Origin: Candidatus Versatilivorator sp.
Lineage (GTDB): Bacteria; Acidobacteriota; Terriglobia; Versatilivoradales; Versatilivoraceae
Direction: 5' to 3'
NCBI GenBank assembly: GCA_965207735.1
Contig: OZ242296.1
Span: forward strand, 3,264,001-3,328,000
DNA: 64,000 bases
The position numbers and the translations under genes are program-made. The stretch's first letter is position 1. Every line of letters begins with the position of its first letter. Positions 50,062 to 60,320 of this stretch are shown piece by piece. The notes under the pieces are model-generated. The model did not search any database. It was not told where the DNA came from and saw nothing but the letters and a program-made list of their open reading frames with translations.

Positions 50062-51321
50062 CTAAAAGAAAACCCGCTGAATCATCCAGTAGGCGCCCAT
50101 GGCGGCGATGGCCAGAGACCCGGGAATGACCACGGCCTTGCGGTAGCGGTCGGGATCGCGCAGCCAGATCGTTAGCAGCAGGCCGGCGGCGATTACCGTC
50201 AACTGGCCCAGCTCCACCCCCAGGTTGAACCCCAGCAGTCCCACCAGCAGGGCCGATGCCGGCAGGTCCAACTGGCTCAGGGCTCCCGCAAATCCCAGCC
50301 CGTGCACCAGCCCGAAGACAAAGACCACCAGCAGCCGCCAGGGGGTGTACCTGGGGTAGAAGATGTTTTCCAGGGCGATGACCACGATGCTCCCGGCAAT
50401 GACCGGCTCTACAACCGAGGCCGGGACCTGCACCATCCCGGTGGCGGCCAGCCCCAATGTGAGGGTGTGGGCCAGGGTGAAGGCGGTCACCTGCAGCAAC
50501 AGGGGCTTCCAGTGCCGGCTGAGCAGGAACAGGCCCAGCACGAAGAGGATATGGTCCATTCCGAGGGGCACCACGTGCACGAAGCCCGAGCGAATGAAGC
50601 TGGTGAAGGTGGCCCAGTTTCCGGGGGCGGTGAGGCCTTCGATCAGACTCTGGTCGGGATCGCCGGTTTCCGCCTCCGCCAGGTTGGAGAGGTCGAGGAC
50701 CCGGCTGGTCTCTCCGGGAAACAGCACCTGGATTCCTCGCAGGATTTCCCCCCGGTAGTAGTTGAGAAACAGCAGGCTCAATTCGGCTTCTGGAAGGGAG
50801 CTGGCCTGGTAGCCCGTCAGGCCCGAGAGGTCCTTCAGACGCCAGGACCCCGTCAGCATCACCGGATCGTCGGCCCGTGTGAGGGGCTGGCCCCGGAACG
50901 TGGTGAACTCGAATTCCCACTCGGGCCGCGCCGCGCCCCCGGGCTCGAACGAGAGCTGCAGGACCTTTTCGGTGTAGGCTCGCGCCTGATCCCGCAGCCG
51001 TTCCCGCTCCGCCTCGCTCAGCAGCAGGTACTCCTCCAGGAACAGGTAGGGCTCGGCTTCCGGATCCTGGCTGAAGCAGCGGGTGTCCAGCTCGATCTTG
51101 ATGACCGCCGAGCCGTCGGCTTCGAAAAAGGACCTGAAGGGCACATCGGGGATGGGATGGGCGAGGGCGACCGGAACCAGGGCCAGCAGGAGCCAGGCCG
51201 CCAGAGCCACCCGCTTCAGAGCGGCCGGAGGAGAGGTTCGGCCGGAATCGGGGCTATGGCCCGGCTCCAGGATTCGGCCGGGATTTGGGGTGGGGCAACT
51301 TGGGTGTTGTGTCATGGCCAT
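50062..51321 (-). CDS. HupE/UreJ-family membrane protein with N-terminal periplasmic domain
   Basis: GFVHVVPLGMDHILF, FTLAHTLTL, FGLVHGLGFA, FNLGVELGQ. Confidence 0.88.
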   Translation of the reverse strand: MAMTQHPSCPTPNPGRILEPGHSPDSGRTSPPAALKRVALAAWLLLALVPVALAHPIPDVPFRSFFEADGSAVIKIELDTRCFSQDPEAEPYLFLEEYLLLSEAERERLRDQARAYTEKVLQLSFEPGGAARPEWEFEFTTFRGQPLTRADDPVMLTGSWRLKDLSGLTGYQASSLPEAELSLLFLNYYRGEILRGIQVLFPGETSRVLDLSNLAEAETGDPDQSLIEGLTAPGNWATFTSFIRSGFVHVVPLGMDHILFVLGLFLLSRHWKPLLLQVTAFTLAHTLTLGLAATGMVQVPASVVEPVIAGSIVVIALENIFYPRYTPWRLLVVFVFGLVHGLGFAGALSQLDLPASALLVGLLGFNLGVELGQLTVIAAGLLLTIWLRDPDRYRKAVVIPGSLAIAAMGAYWMIQRVFF

Positions 51322-51402
51322 CCGTATGCTTTACTAAGAAGTGTGAGGTTCCAAGACAATCCGTCACGTAGCCTTACCGCTGTTTGCAGAAAGGAGACTC
51401 CC

Positions 51403-51690
51403 ATGAGACTCGTCTTTTCGATGATCCTAGCCGTCGTTCTTGCCTTTGGCGTGAGCCTGGGTTCGGCCTACGCCGGCTGTGGCAAGAAGGTGACCAACAA
51501 GGGCACCCTGAAGAGCGTGGATGCCGACAAGAAGACCATCGTGGTGGCCAGCAAGGGTGAAGAGACCAAGCTGTCGCTGACCATGGGTACCAAAGCCATC
51601 GGCGCCGACAAGGTTGCCGACATGGTGGGCAAGAAAGTCAAGGTGATCAGCGAGCACGCCAAGGTGGATTCCGTCGCCTTGCTCAACTAG
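51403..51690 (+). CDS. Small secreted Lys-rich protein (OB-fold-like)
   Basis: RBS AAGGAG; signal peptide MRLVFSMILAVVLAFG; GTLKSVDADKKTIVV; true start lies inside the longer ORF-track frame. Confidence 0.75.
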   Translation: MRLVFSMILAVVLAFGVSLGSAYAGCGKKVTNKGTLKSVDADKKTIVVASKGEETKLSLTMGTKAIGADKVADMVGKKVKVISEHAKVDSVALLN

Positions 51691-51731
51691 CTGGCCGTAG
51701 CCTGTAGAGTCGGTCAGTAGTTGAAACCCAG

Positions 51732-52859
51732 CTAGCAACACCAGGTGCGGATGAATTCAGCGTAGGTATCCGCACCTCGGTGTAGCTGCTCTACCGAAAT
51801 CCACTCGTCGAAGGTGTGGGCCTGCTCCACGTCCCCCGGCCCGATCAGGACCCGGTTCTTGAGGTCGGTGTAAACCGAAGCCTCGCTTCCGTACCCCACC
51901 GTACGGGCACTCTCCCTTCCCGTAACCCGCATTACTTCCTGGACGAAAGACGACTTTGGGTCGACGTGAAAGGCTTCGTGCCCCGGGTCGACCTTCAGTT
52001 CCACTCCGCATTCCCGAGCCGCCTGGGTCACCCGCTCGATCAAACGGTCGGTTCTGGTCCTGGGCATGGGGCGAAAACCGATGCGGCAGATGCTGATCGG
52101 CTTCTTGACGTTCATGGCCTCGGGGAAGTCCTCGATTCCGATGTTTCCTCCCAGGGTCGGCGGGTCGAACTCCGGGTCCTGCCACTCGGGACTGCTCTGA
52201 GTCTCGTCGTAAAGCTCCTTCATCCTGACCAGGAAGGGAATCATGATCCAGTTGGCGTTCATTCCCACCCGGGTGCTGGAGTGGGCCGACTCTCCCCGGG
52301 CCGTGGCCTCGAATGAACACCCGCCCTTGTGGGCGTAGACGACATCCAGCAGGGTGGGCTCCCCCACGATGGTCCTGGTCTGCGCTTCGACCATCTCCCG
52401 ATAGAACCTGGAGGTTTCCTTGACCTGGATGGCGCCCCCGTAACCGATCTCTTCGTCGGCGGTGCAGGCGACGTAGACGGGTTGTTTCAGCTCGGCGGCC
52501 TCGAAACGCTCGGCGGCGGCCAGCATGCTGGCCACCGACCCCTTCATGTCGCAGGCTCCCCGTCCGTAGAGCTTTCCCTCCTGAACGGCGGGGGCAAAGG
52601 GACCGTGCTCTTCGGTGAACCAGTTGATGGCCGGCACCACATCAGTGTGCCCGAAATAGGCCAATCCACCCCGCCCCTCACCCTTTTTTCCCACCACGCT
52701 GGCCTTGCGGACCCCGTTCTCGTCCTCATACTCCAGGCGCTCGGTTCGACAGCCCATCTGCTTGAGACGATCCTCCAGGTAATCGGTCAGGGCCGCGTTG
52801 CTGAGGCTGCTGGTGGTATCGAAGGCGATGATGTCCTTGGCGTATTGGAGGGCGTCCAC
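51732..52859 (-). CDS. argE: M20-family metallohydrolase (acetylornithine deacetylase-like)
   Basis: GHTDVVP, YGRGACDMKG, DEE, VGEPT, AHKG, AHS, AHTFDEW. Confidence 0.82.
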   Translation of the reverse strand: MDALQYAKDIIAFDTTSSLSNAALTDYLEDRLKQMGCRTERLEYEDENGVRKASVVGKKGEGRGGLAYFGHTDVVPAINWFTEEHGPFAPAVQEGKLYGRGACDMKGSVASMLAAAERFEAAELKQPVYVACTADEEIGYGGAIQVKETSRFYREMVEAQTRTIVGEPTLLDVVYAHKGGCSFEATARGESAHSSTRVGMNANWIMIPFLVRMKELYDETQSSPEWQDPEFDPPTLGGNIGIEDFPEAMNVKKPISICRIGFRPMPRTRTDRLIERVTQAARECGVELKVDPGHEAFHVDPKSSFVQEVMRVTGRESARTVGYGSEASVYTDLKNRVLIGPGDVEQAHTFDEWISVEQLHRGADTYAEFIRTWCC

Positions 52860-52997
52860 GAATCGGTCCTTTCTGTTGACCAGGGGAGAGGCATCCCCGC
52901 GGAAGGGGTAGTGTACAACCGGCGGGTGCCGGCCTCAATCTCTTTCCGCCTCGCCGTTGCATGCCGGGCGACCCGGGTCGGCGCGACGGGTTCCGGC

Positions 52998-55817
52998 TCA
53001 GCCGTCGCTGACCGGGAGGCTCACTTCCTCCAGCACCGGAGTACTGCCTCCGTCGGGTGTGGTGAGCAGAGCACGGTACTGAAACCAGCGGTGGTCCGCG
53101 GGAGGGGGAGAAAGGGCGGCGGGCTGCCGGAAATAGCTGCCGGGGCCGCCCGGCCCTTCCCAGGCTGCGGCCCTGACGGCCTCCGGAGTCGATCCGCTGC
53201 GCAATTGAAACTTCACCGCCGTCCCGTGAGGGGTTCGGGCCTGCCAGTCCAGCCGGGAGGGCCGTTTGCCCGGAGGGATGCTCAGCAGAGGCGAACGGTA
53301 TTCCTCTTCCAATCTGCGGTCATAGATGTTGCCGACGTCGTGGCGGACGCTGAAGTGCGGACCGAAGGTCTGGATCCAGAGCCGCCTGGCGAAGGAATAT
53401 CCCTGGGAAGATCCCCAGAAGATGTTGGTTCCGACCCCGTGGTCGCCGTCGCGCAGGTGGTTGAAGGGGACGATATCCATCCATCCGTCCCGGTTCAGAT
53501 CGGCCACGGTGAGAGCCAGGGTCGATTCTCCGGGCAGTCCCGTCCTGCGGGACTCGCTGTAGCCTTCCGGCCCGCCCCAATAGATGAAGCAGGGCAGCTT
53601 GCGGGTGGTGTAGGCGTGATAGTTGGTCATGACGATGTCCAGGTAGCCGTCCTGGTTGAGATCGGCCACCGACTGCTCCTCCGACTCGTAGGCCTCCAGC
53701 CTCTGGCTGCGGGAGAGGTCGAACCCTTCAGCGCCGCCCCAGAGAAGGGTGGCGTGGCGCATGGGGCGCCCGTGCCTGGCCATGTCGTAGACCCCGCCCA
53801 GAATCAGGTCCAGCCAGCCGTCGGCGTTGAGATCGGCGATCTCCACCGTGGAGGCCGAATGGACCTTGAGCAGGCTGTGGTTGTCCCGGCCGTAGTCACC
53901 GCCGGCGCTGCCCCAGAAGATGTCCACGTTCTCCCGGTCCACGTCGGGGAAGATCAGGTCCAGAAACCCGTCCTTGTTGAGATCGGCGATGGCGGCGCTC
54001 TGGCTGAGGTTGGTGTTCAGGCTCAGCTCGGTGCGGCGCCGGCCGCTGAATCCTCCATCCCCGCCCCAAAGCAGGATCCCCCGGGATGAAACCTCCCGGC
54101 TGTAGGCCGAACCGGCGGGTATGACCAGGTCCAGGTAGCCGTCGCGATTGAGATCGGCCGTCGAGGCACCGTGCCCCTCCTCCAGGTTCAGCTCCTCCCT
54201 CCTCTGGGCCCGGTAGCCTTCGGCGTGCCCCCAGTAGATCCAGCCGTTGGGAAAGGCGATGTCCGGCCGGCCGTCCCGGTTCAGGTCGGCGATGGCCGGC
54301 ACCGCGCCGATGGCTCCCGGCACCCTCGAGACGGATGCGGCCGAGTAGTGATGGCGTGGATTCCCCCAGTAGATCAGGGAATCGATGGCATCGCGGGAGC
54401 CGCTGTTGCGGTTGACCAGCACCAGGTCGGGAAAGCCGTCCCGGTCCAGGTCGGCGCCCCGCAGGCTCACGGGACCGAACCCCTGCAACTGGCTGCGGTG
54501 GGCCGGGTCGAAGCCCAGGGGACCGTTCCAGTAAATGTAGGAAGGCACGTCGTGGCTTCGGGAGTCGCCTTCGTTGGCAAAGGCGATGTCGATCCAGCCG
54601 TCACGGTTGAAGTCGACCGCGACGGCGTCGCTGGCATCCAGGGTCGGCAGGTCGGTCCGCCGTCCGCTTTCGAACCCCTGCGAGCCTCCCCAGTAGATGG
54701 TGGAGGGCTGCTGGCCCCGGTTGGCCAGGATCAGGTCGGGAAAGCCATCCCGGTTCAATTCGGCGACCTCGCACCGAATGGCTCCCGCGGTCGGCAGCTC
54801 CGCCCAGGGCTCCGCGGGGAAGCCTTCGGGCCCGCCCTTGAAGAGTTGGGCCCGGTTGTCGCGGTGAGTCACCACCAGGTCCGGGGCGCCGTCCCGGTCC
54901 AGGTCGGCCAGGCGCAGTCCCACCGGGTCCCCGCCCTCCATCCGGTGCCGCCGCTCGACGGAAAAGCCCGCGGGGTCGCCCCAGTAGAGATAAACGCTCT
55001 TCTCCTCGGAGTTGTTGTTCACGAACAGCAGCTCGGGGAAGCCGTCCCGATTGAGGTCTCCGGCAGCCACGTCCAGGGCGCTGATCGAGGGCACGACGTC
55101 ACGTCTCTGGCTGCTGAAGCCGGTGGGACCGTTCCAGTAGATATAGGATTCCAGGTGTTGGGCCGTCCCGAAGCGTTTCCAGCCCTCGATGCCGTGGTTG
55201 GCGATGGCCAGGTCCACAAACCCATCCCGATTGAAGTCTGCCGCCGCCACCGCGCTGCCCAGCAGGGTGGGCAACAGCGTCCGCCGGTCGGGCTGGAACC
55301 CCTCCCGGGATCCCCAGTAGATCATGAGATCGGTTTCCACCCCATAGTTGTGAATGAAGTTGCAGAAGACCAGGTCCAGGTAGCCGTCCTGATTGAGGTC
55401 CTCGAGCAAAGAACTCCCGCCTCCCTTGCTGGGAAGCCGGGTCACGCCGGCCTCGCGCTTGCGAATCTCTCTCAGCAGTTTGCCCAGGGGCTGATGGTCG
55501 GGCAGGTCGGGAAGCAGCGAACGCAGCCCTCGTGGTCCTCCCCGATAAATGAGAACGTCCTCGCTCTCGACCTGGTTGTGGTCCTGCCCCACGAACAGGT
55601 CCAGGAAACCGTCGTTGTTCAGGTCCCAGCGGTGAATCATCTCGACGGTTCCGGCCCGGCTGACGTAGAGATTGGCTCCCCCGTCGGCCAGCGTCCCCCG
55701 CGAGAAGTCCTCAAAGCTGGAGTGGTGAATCCAGGGCTGGTGAGGAGCCTGCCCAGAGGCGGACAACAGCAGCAGCCCAACCCCCAGGGTTCCCGCGATG
55801 AAGGAAGTTCGGGTCAT
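52998..55817 (-). CDS. Secreted FG-GAP/VCBS-repeat protein
   Basis: More than ten D(L/F)NxDGxxD repeats with IYWG motifs. Confidence 0.9.
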   Translation of the reverse strand: MTRTSFIAGTLGVGLLLLSASGQAPHQPWIHHSSFEDFSRGTLADGGANLYVSRAGTVEMIHRWDLNNDGFLDLFVGQDHNQVESEDVLIYRGGPRGLRSLLPDLPDHQPLGKLLREIRKREAGVTRLPSKGGGSSLLEDLNQDGYLDLVFCNFIHNYGVETDLMIYWGSREGFQPDRRTLLPTLLGSAVAAADFNRDGFVDLAIANHGIEGWKRFGTAQHLESYIYWNGPTGFSSQRRDVVPSISALDVAAGDLNRDGFPELLFVNNNSEEKSVYLYWGDPAGFSVERRHRMEGGDPVGLRLADLDRDGAPDLVVTHRDNRAQLFKGGPEGFPAEPWAELPTAGAIRCEVAELNRDGFPDLILANRGQQPSTIYWGGSQGFESGRRTDLPTLDASDAVAVDFNRDGWIDIAFANEGDSRSHDVPSYIYWNGPLGFDPAHRSQLQGFGPVSLRGADLDRDGFPDLVLVNRNSGSRDAIDSLIYWGNPRHHYSAASVSRVPGAIGAVPAIADLNRDGRPDIAFPNGWIYWGHAEGYRAQRREELNLEEGHGASTADLNRDGYLDLVIPAGSAYSREVSSRGILLWGGDGGFSGRRRTELSLNTNLSQSAAIADLNKDGFLDLIFPDVDRENVDIFWGSAGGDYGRDNHSLLKVHSASTVEIADLNADGWLDLILGGVYDMARHGRPMRHATLLWGGAEGFDLSRSQRLEAYESEEQSVADLNQDGYLDIVMTNYHAYTTRKLPCFIYWGGPEGYSESRRTGLPGESTLALTVADLNRDGWMDIVPFNHLRDGDHGVGTNIFWGSSQGYSFARRLWIQTFGPHFSVRHDVGNIYDRRLEEEYRSPLLSIPPGKRPSRLDWQARTPHGTAVKFQLRSGSTPEAVRAAAWEGPGGPGSYFRQPAALSPPPADHRWFQYRALLTTPDGGSTPVLEEVSLPVSDG

Positions 55818-56614
55818 GGTTGGGATGGGGCCGGCGCTGGTCCCTTGAACTGCAACGGACCGTAGACCTCGTACTCGTGGAAGCCGCCCTTGTCGGTCAC
55901 GGGGGCGGTGGCGGTATTGAGCGGCCGTTCCCAGCGCCCGTCATAGTCATAGCGACAGACTGCCGCCTTCCAGGCCTCCCCCTGCTTCGGAATGGAATTC
56001 CCGGCGTGATGCAGATCGGCCAGCGGAAGGGCCAGCTCCAGGGACCAGCCCCGGTCGTCGTCCTCCGGATTATTGAGGGTGCCGTCCACGGCCACCGCCA
56101 CCCGGAGTTGGCTGTCCCAGGCCGTGGCTTCATGCAGAGGGGCGCCACGCTTGACAAAGTAGGCGTCGAAGATCTGGTTGCTGGGGCTGAACTCGAACTC
56201 GTAGTAGAGCAAGGAGGATTCCAGAGGCTTGATGAAGAGCTCCAGCACATCTTCCTCCCACAAGCGGGCGTCGCGGCCTTTCAGGGTGGAGCCGACATCC
56301 CGATCCCGGGCCGTCATGGCCACGTAGAGTTCCTTCCCGTCCCAGAGAAATCTGGCCGAGGCCCGCGCCGGGGACACCGGATTGCCCACGCCGTCGAACC
56401 GCAGCGGGATCTCCGGGGCCTGCTCCCAGGCCGGCTCGTCCGGGCGCCCGTCGATCTCGATGGGATCGCTGGTCAGATAGCAGGGAATGGGGTCGGCTTC
56501 GGCCGGCGGCTGGGGGCTCCCCTCCGGAGTCGGGTCGACTTCCGGCGCCGTAGAGCAGGAAACGCCCAGCAGAACCACAAGCAGCGGTATAAGGAATCGC
56601 ATATTGACTCTCAT
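55814..56614 (-). CDS. CBM9-like/DOMON lipoprotein
   Basis: Lipobox GVSC; IDGRPDEPAW, LWD..LYV, LWEEDVLELF, YYEFEFSP.N, WSLELALP; stop overlaps the FG-GAP start. Confidence 0.85.
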   Translation of the reverse strand: MRVNMRFLIPLLVVLLGVSCSTAPEVDPTPEGSPQPPAEADPIPCYLTSDPIEIDGRPDEPAWEQAPEIPLRFDGVGNPVSPARASARFLWDGKELYVAMTARDRDVGSTLKGRDARLWEEDVLELFIKPLESSLLYYEFEFSPSNQIFDAYFVKRGAPLHEATAWDSQLRVAVAVDGTLNNPEDDDRGWSLELALPLADLHHAGNSIPKQGEAWKAAVCRYDYDGRWERPLNTATAPVTDKGGFHEYEVYGPLQFKGPAPAPSQP

Positions 56615-56869
56615 GAATTCGGCCTCTTCAAGCAGCGGACGGTTTTGATTGAGTTTCCCGGGCGGCGGAAGCGCCCCCCAGGACTGCAACGGCTTCGGAC
56701 TTGATCGGCAGTTCCCTCATTGTCTCCAAAATCGAGTTGTTCCGCCAGAACTGCCGCCGTGCTGCAACGTCAATCCGTTCGAGATTCGTCTTTGCCCCCT
56801 GGGCCTTATGCAAAACTCGGAATCGGGAATGACATTGAGGCGGCATAGGTGATGTGCTGCCGGCTCCGG

Positions 56870-56972
56870 CATTCACCACAAAAAGCACAAAAGTCACAAA
56901 ACGAGTTTCTTGATTTCGAGTCTTGCCGATCGGATGATTATTCTTGTGTTTTTTGTGCCTTTTGTGGCCATT
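56870..56972. repeat. CACAAAA-type inverted repeat element
   Basis: TTCACCACAAAAAGCACAAAAGTCACAAAA ... TTGTGTTTTTTGTGCCTTTTGTGGCC; homologous to 43638-43835. Confidence 0.7.
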
Positions 56973-57092
56973 GAGCTTCGGACGGCGAACCGGTTCAGTG
57001 TCTCCTGATCCTTGACGGACTCGGGAGGACAAACCCTCGATCTGAATTGAGGATGTCCCGACTCCGATTTTGCAAAAGGCTCCCCTGACGGA

Positions 57093-57569
57093 CTATTCGG
57101 TAATGCCGGCCTCTTTCATGGCGGCCTCGGCGCGCTTTGCGACCTCTTCCTCGGAAAGGTCCTCCACGTGGGTGCTGATCGTCCAGACATGGCCGAAGGG
57201 ATCGATCAGCGTTCCGGAACGGTCTCCGTAGAACTGATTCTGCAGCGGGCGCATTTCCTTGCCCCCGGCCGCGATCGCCCGCGGGTAGCTCTTGTCGACA
57301 TCGTCGACGTAGACCATCAGGCTCACCGAAGTTCCCCCCAGCGACTCGGGACCCTTGTAACCCATGTCGGGAAACTCGTCGGCGAGCATGACGGGGGAGT
57401 CCCCGATCTTGATCTCCGCGTGCCCGATCTTGCCGCCCGGAGCCTCCATACGCAACAGCTCCACGGCGTCGAAGGCCTTCTTGTAGAACTCGATTGCGGC
57501 GGCTGCGTCCTTCAGAATCAGATAGGGAGTGACCGAGTGGTACCCCTCGGGAATCGGCGAAACCGGCAT
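57093..57569 (-). CDS. VOC/PhnB-family glyoxalase-like protein
   Basis: IPEGYHSVTPYL, AIEFYKKAF, HAEIKIGDS, QFYGDRSG..DPFGHVW. Confidence 0.93.
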   Translation of the reverse strand: MPVSPIPEGYHSVTPYLILKDAAAAIEFYKKAFDAVELLRMEAPGGKIGHAEIKIGDSPVMLADEFPDMGYKGPESLGGTSVSLMVYVDDVDKSYPRAIAAGGKEMRPLQNQFYGDRSGTLIDPFGHVWTISTHVEDLSEEEVAKRAEAAMKEAGITE

Positions 57570-57872
57570 GGTGCATGTCCTCCTTGGTTAAGTCCATGAT
57601 GGCGAATGACGCCACCGCGGCATCGGGGAAATAGTGCCTCCGGGTGGCGAATTGTACTTGGCGAGGCTGGTACTTGGCCAGTTTGTCCCGGAGTATACGA
57701 CGATTCGGGGGCCGCCAACCTGCCTCAACAGCGACCTGCTGTCGCCGCCGCTGTGGTCGGAGCTTTACCTGGAAATCCGCATTGGTCGCGGGTTGGCACG
57801 GATTACCCGAGTCCTCTGCGGTAAAGCGCCGTAGGGCGCCGTCCCGGAACGCACTGCCTCTCCAATATGACG

Positions 57873-57939
57873 CTAACCCCACACCTCACTCCCTGCACTC
57901 TTCGCAGGAGTGCAACCCTTGGTGAGAAATGCGGGCCAG
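57873..57939. repeat. 67-bp mini-element of the MITE family
   Basis: Degenerate left end CTAACCCCACACCTCAC, internal hairpin TGCACTC/GAGTGCA, right end GGTGAGAAATGCGGGCCAG. Confidence 0.6.
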
Positions 57940-57940
57940 T

Positions 57941-58115
57941 CCTCAAGTGGGTTGATCGGCCAGGCCGGTTGCCGGTTTCCCGGTTCTTGACGTAGCGCAT
58001 CCAGTTCCAGACCAGCCGTCCGACATGGAGTTTGTTGTTGATGAGCCAAGTCCTGTCCGCTCCGCGGTCATGACTCGTCGATGACGGTGGGTTTGTCCAC
58101 TGAAGCCAGGACCCC
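57941..58115 (-). pseudogene. Fragment of a large serine recombinase
   Basis: LINNKLHVGRLVWNWMRYVKNRETGNRPGR resembles the recombinase-domain motif ILNNELY.GRLVWNRLRY.KDP.TGKRVSR. Confidence 0.6.
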
Positions 58116-58387
58116 AACGGCCGGTCGCAAGCCTCTGGCAAGTCCGCAAAATGCCGGCCCGGTGCGGGGAACGGCAAACTTGACTTGCTCTCCCAACCAT
58201 GCTTAACTCATTGGAAAATCGAGACGATTGAGGAAGTTGAGGAAGATGCCCGGAGAGGATTGGCAAAGCTCGCTGGATCTCTAAGCGCACGAAGCGCACG
58301 CACGGGTGCGCACACGTGGAATGTACGAACGCGACCTGCAGATCCAAAGGACGTCAGGCGTTCGGTATCGGGCTGGGAGAAATCGCC

Positions 58388-59545
58388 ATGCAGAACGTCC
58401 CCACAGCATATGTCGAAGGCTACGCCAAAGCGCGCGCCATCGACCAGGAAGCCGCTGACAACTACGTCCGGCACACCAGAATCGGCGACCCTGTGTTCGA
58501 CCCGATCATGGAGGAACTCTCCTCGGTGCCGCCCGCCGACCTGCACCGCTTTATCAAGGCCGGCATAGAGCAGCAGGAAGAGGGGTTGCGCAAGGCCCCG
58601 CAGATCCTGCGCGATTTCATCGAGTCTCTTGAGGACCGTCCTCCCTGGCTCGAGTACGACGCCTTTCGGCCGGGGATTCGCGCCTTCCACGCAAACGTGG
58701 ACCTCATGCTGATCGCGTTCGTCACGGGGGTGCTCGTGGAGGGCTTTTCGACGCTGATCGCCAAGTCCTTCAGCATTACCGAGCGCGTGTCGTCGACCAC
58801 GAGGCGCCTGCAGCAGAACAACCGCCACATGATGGACATTTTCTTTCCCGGCGGCTTGTACAGAGAGAATGACGGCTGGAAGCTCTCTACCCGCATTCGC
58901 TTCATTCATGCCCGAATCAGGTCCTTGCTGAACAATTCGGAGGATTGGAATCACAAAGCCTGGGGCACGCCGGTGAGCGCGGCCCATCTGGGTTTTGCCA
59001 TCTCCGTCTTTTCCAAGCGTTTGCTGGAATACTCGCTGCAGGTGGGCGCACGTTTCAGCCAAGAAGAAAGAGAGAGTGTTCTAGCTGTCTGGCGCTACGC
59101 CGGATATCTCATGGGAATACCTGAAACCATCCTCTATACCACCGCAGCCGAAGCGGAAAAAATATACAAGATCAGCTACTTGTGCGAACCGCTGCCCGAC
59201 TCCGCTTCGATATCCGTGGCGAACGGTTTGATTCAGGCCATTCCGTCGGTTGCCGGCGTCAGGGAACCGGCCGAAGTAAAGAAGGTGACGGATCTGGCCT
59301 ACCGTCTTTCACGAGCGCTCATCGGAAACCAACTCGCCAGTCGCTTCGAGTTTCCGAAGAACTCTTCCATGGGAACTCTGTTTTACTTCCGGATGAAGCA
59401 ACGCCTTCAAAGAATTCTGAAGGGCGGACAATTGGTCAGATCGGACAATTTTACCCAGCTTCTTCAAATCTCAGTGTTCGACGAGCATGGGGTGAGCTAC
59501 AAGATGCCCGATCATGTAAAACACTCGAAGTCGAGCCCTTGGTAA
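58388..59545 (+). CDS. MpaB/Lcp-like ER-bound oxygenase family protein
   Basis: GDP..D, RRLQQN, RIRFIHARIR (heme His), WGTPVS, WRYAGYLMGIPE; RBS GGAG. Confidence 0.85.
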   Translation: MQNVPTAYVEGYAKARAIDQEAADNYVRHTRIGDPVFDPIMEELSSVPPADLHRFIKAGIEQQEEGLRKAPQILRDFIESLEDRPPWLEYDAFRPGIRAFHANVDLMLIAFVTGVLVEGFSTLIAKSFSITERVSSTTRRLQQNNRHMMDIFFPGGLYRENDGWKLSTRIRFIHARIRSLLNNSEDWNHKAWGTPVSAAHLGFAISVFSKRLLEYSLQVGARFSQEERESVLAVWRYAGYLMGIPETILYTTAAEAEKIYKISYLCEPLPDSASISVANGLIQAIPSVAGVREPAEVKKVTDLAYRLSRALIGNQLASRFEFPKNSSMGTLFYFRMKQRLQRILKGGQLVRSDNFTQLLQISVFDEHGVSYKMPDHVKHSKSSPW

Positions 59546-59551
59546 GCGGTG

Positions 59552-59593
59552 CCTGCGCCACGATCACGTCCCCTGATGGGAAATGCGGGCTAG
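59552..59593. repeat. 42-bp solo end of the 251-bp MITE
   Basis: CCTGCGCCACGATCACGTCCCCTGATGGGAAATGCGGGCTAG, 36/42 identical to the reconstituted right end of MITE copy 1. Confidence 0.8.
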
Positions 59594-60320
59594 AGACCGG
59601 GCATTGGGCGGGAATGAGCAAAACGTACCGCAATCCATCCCGGAGCCGGCGCCCGGTGATCGCCACCAGTTCGAAGAACCCGTCGAGGAACCTTGGATCG
59701 GCCTCGCCCGGAGACAGCCGATCCAACTCAAATCCCGAGGCCCTGAACACGTCCCTCGGGAGCCAGCAGACGCCGCGCCGGTGGTCGTCCCACAGGTCCT
59801 TGAGAATGTTGGTCATCTGCAGTCCCTGGGCGTAGGCCACCGACAATGCCAGCAGATCCTTTCGTCGCTTGTCGACCTCGGCGGAGTAGTCGCAGAACAA
59901 CTCGGTGAGCATCTCGCCTACAACTCCCGCAACGCAATAGCAATAGCGATCCAGACAGGAAAGATCCTTCAGACCAACGGGGACCGGGTTCTGCTGGAAC
60001 TCCATCATGCCGCGAGACATGATTTGCAAGCAATGCACGATCGCCGCGCGCTGGCGGGAGCGGAGACTTGCGGTGATACGGATCACGCGGTTGGAGCTCG
60101 CAACAAGTTCCCGCTCGTGCTCGGTCGTGGATGAAGACAGCAGTGCGCCGAGGTCATGAGCGAATGGGGTCGCGTCTTCGCGACCGGCGATCATTTGAAC
60201 GAACCGGGCCAGGAACGCCTGCTTCTGCGCCAGCGAGAGGGCAGGCTCGTCTTCGATGGTGTCGGCAATCCGACACAGGAGATAAGCGTTGGTCACGGGC
60301 CACCGCAAGCGATGGGGGAG
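59594..60320 (-). pseudogene. Squalene/phytoene synthase, truncated at both ends
   Basis: AYLLCRIADTIEDE, YCYCVAGVVGEMLT, GLQMTNILKD...D..RG.CWLP; lacks the VSRTFAL N-terminus and the C-terminal helices. Confidence 0.82.

Noticed and set aside
57640-57790. Possible relic of a Fis-type HTH (RRILRDKLAKY, minus strand)
   Set aside because: Too short and too frameshifted to support without a search.
59451-60308. Intact squalene synthase as given in the ORF track
   Set aside because: The N-terminus is missing, and the last ~50 codons are read-through across the MITE end and antisense to the oxygenase gene; treated as a pseudogene.
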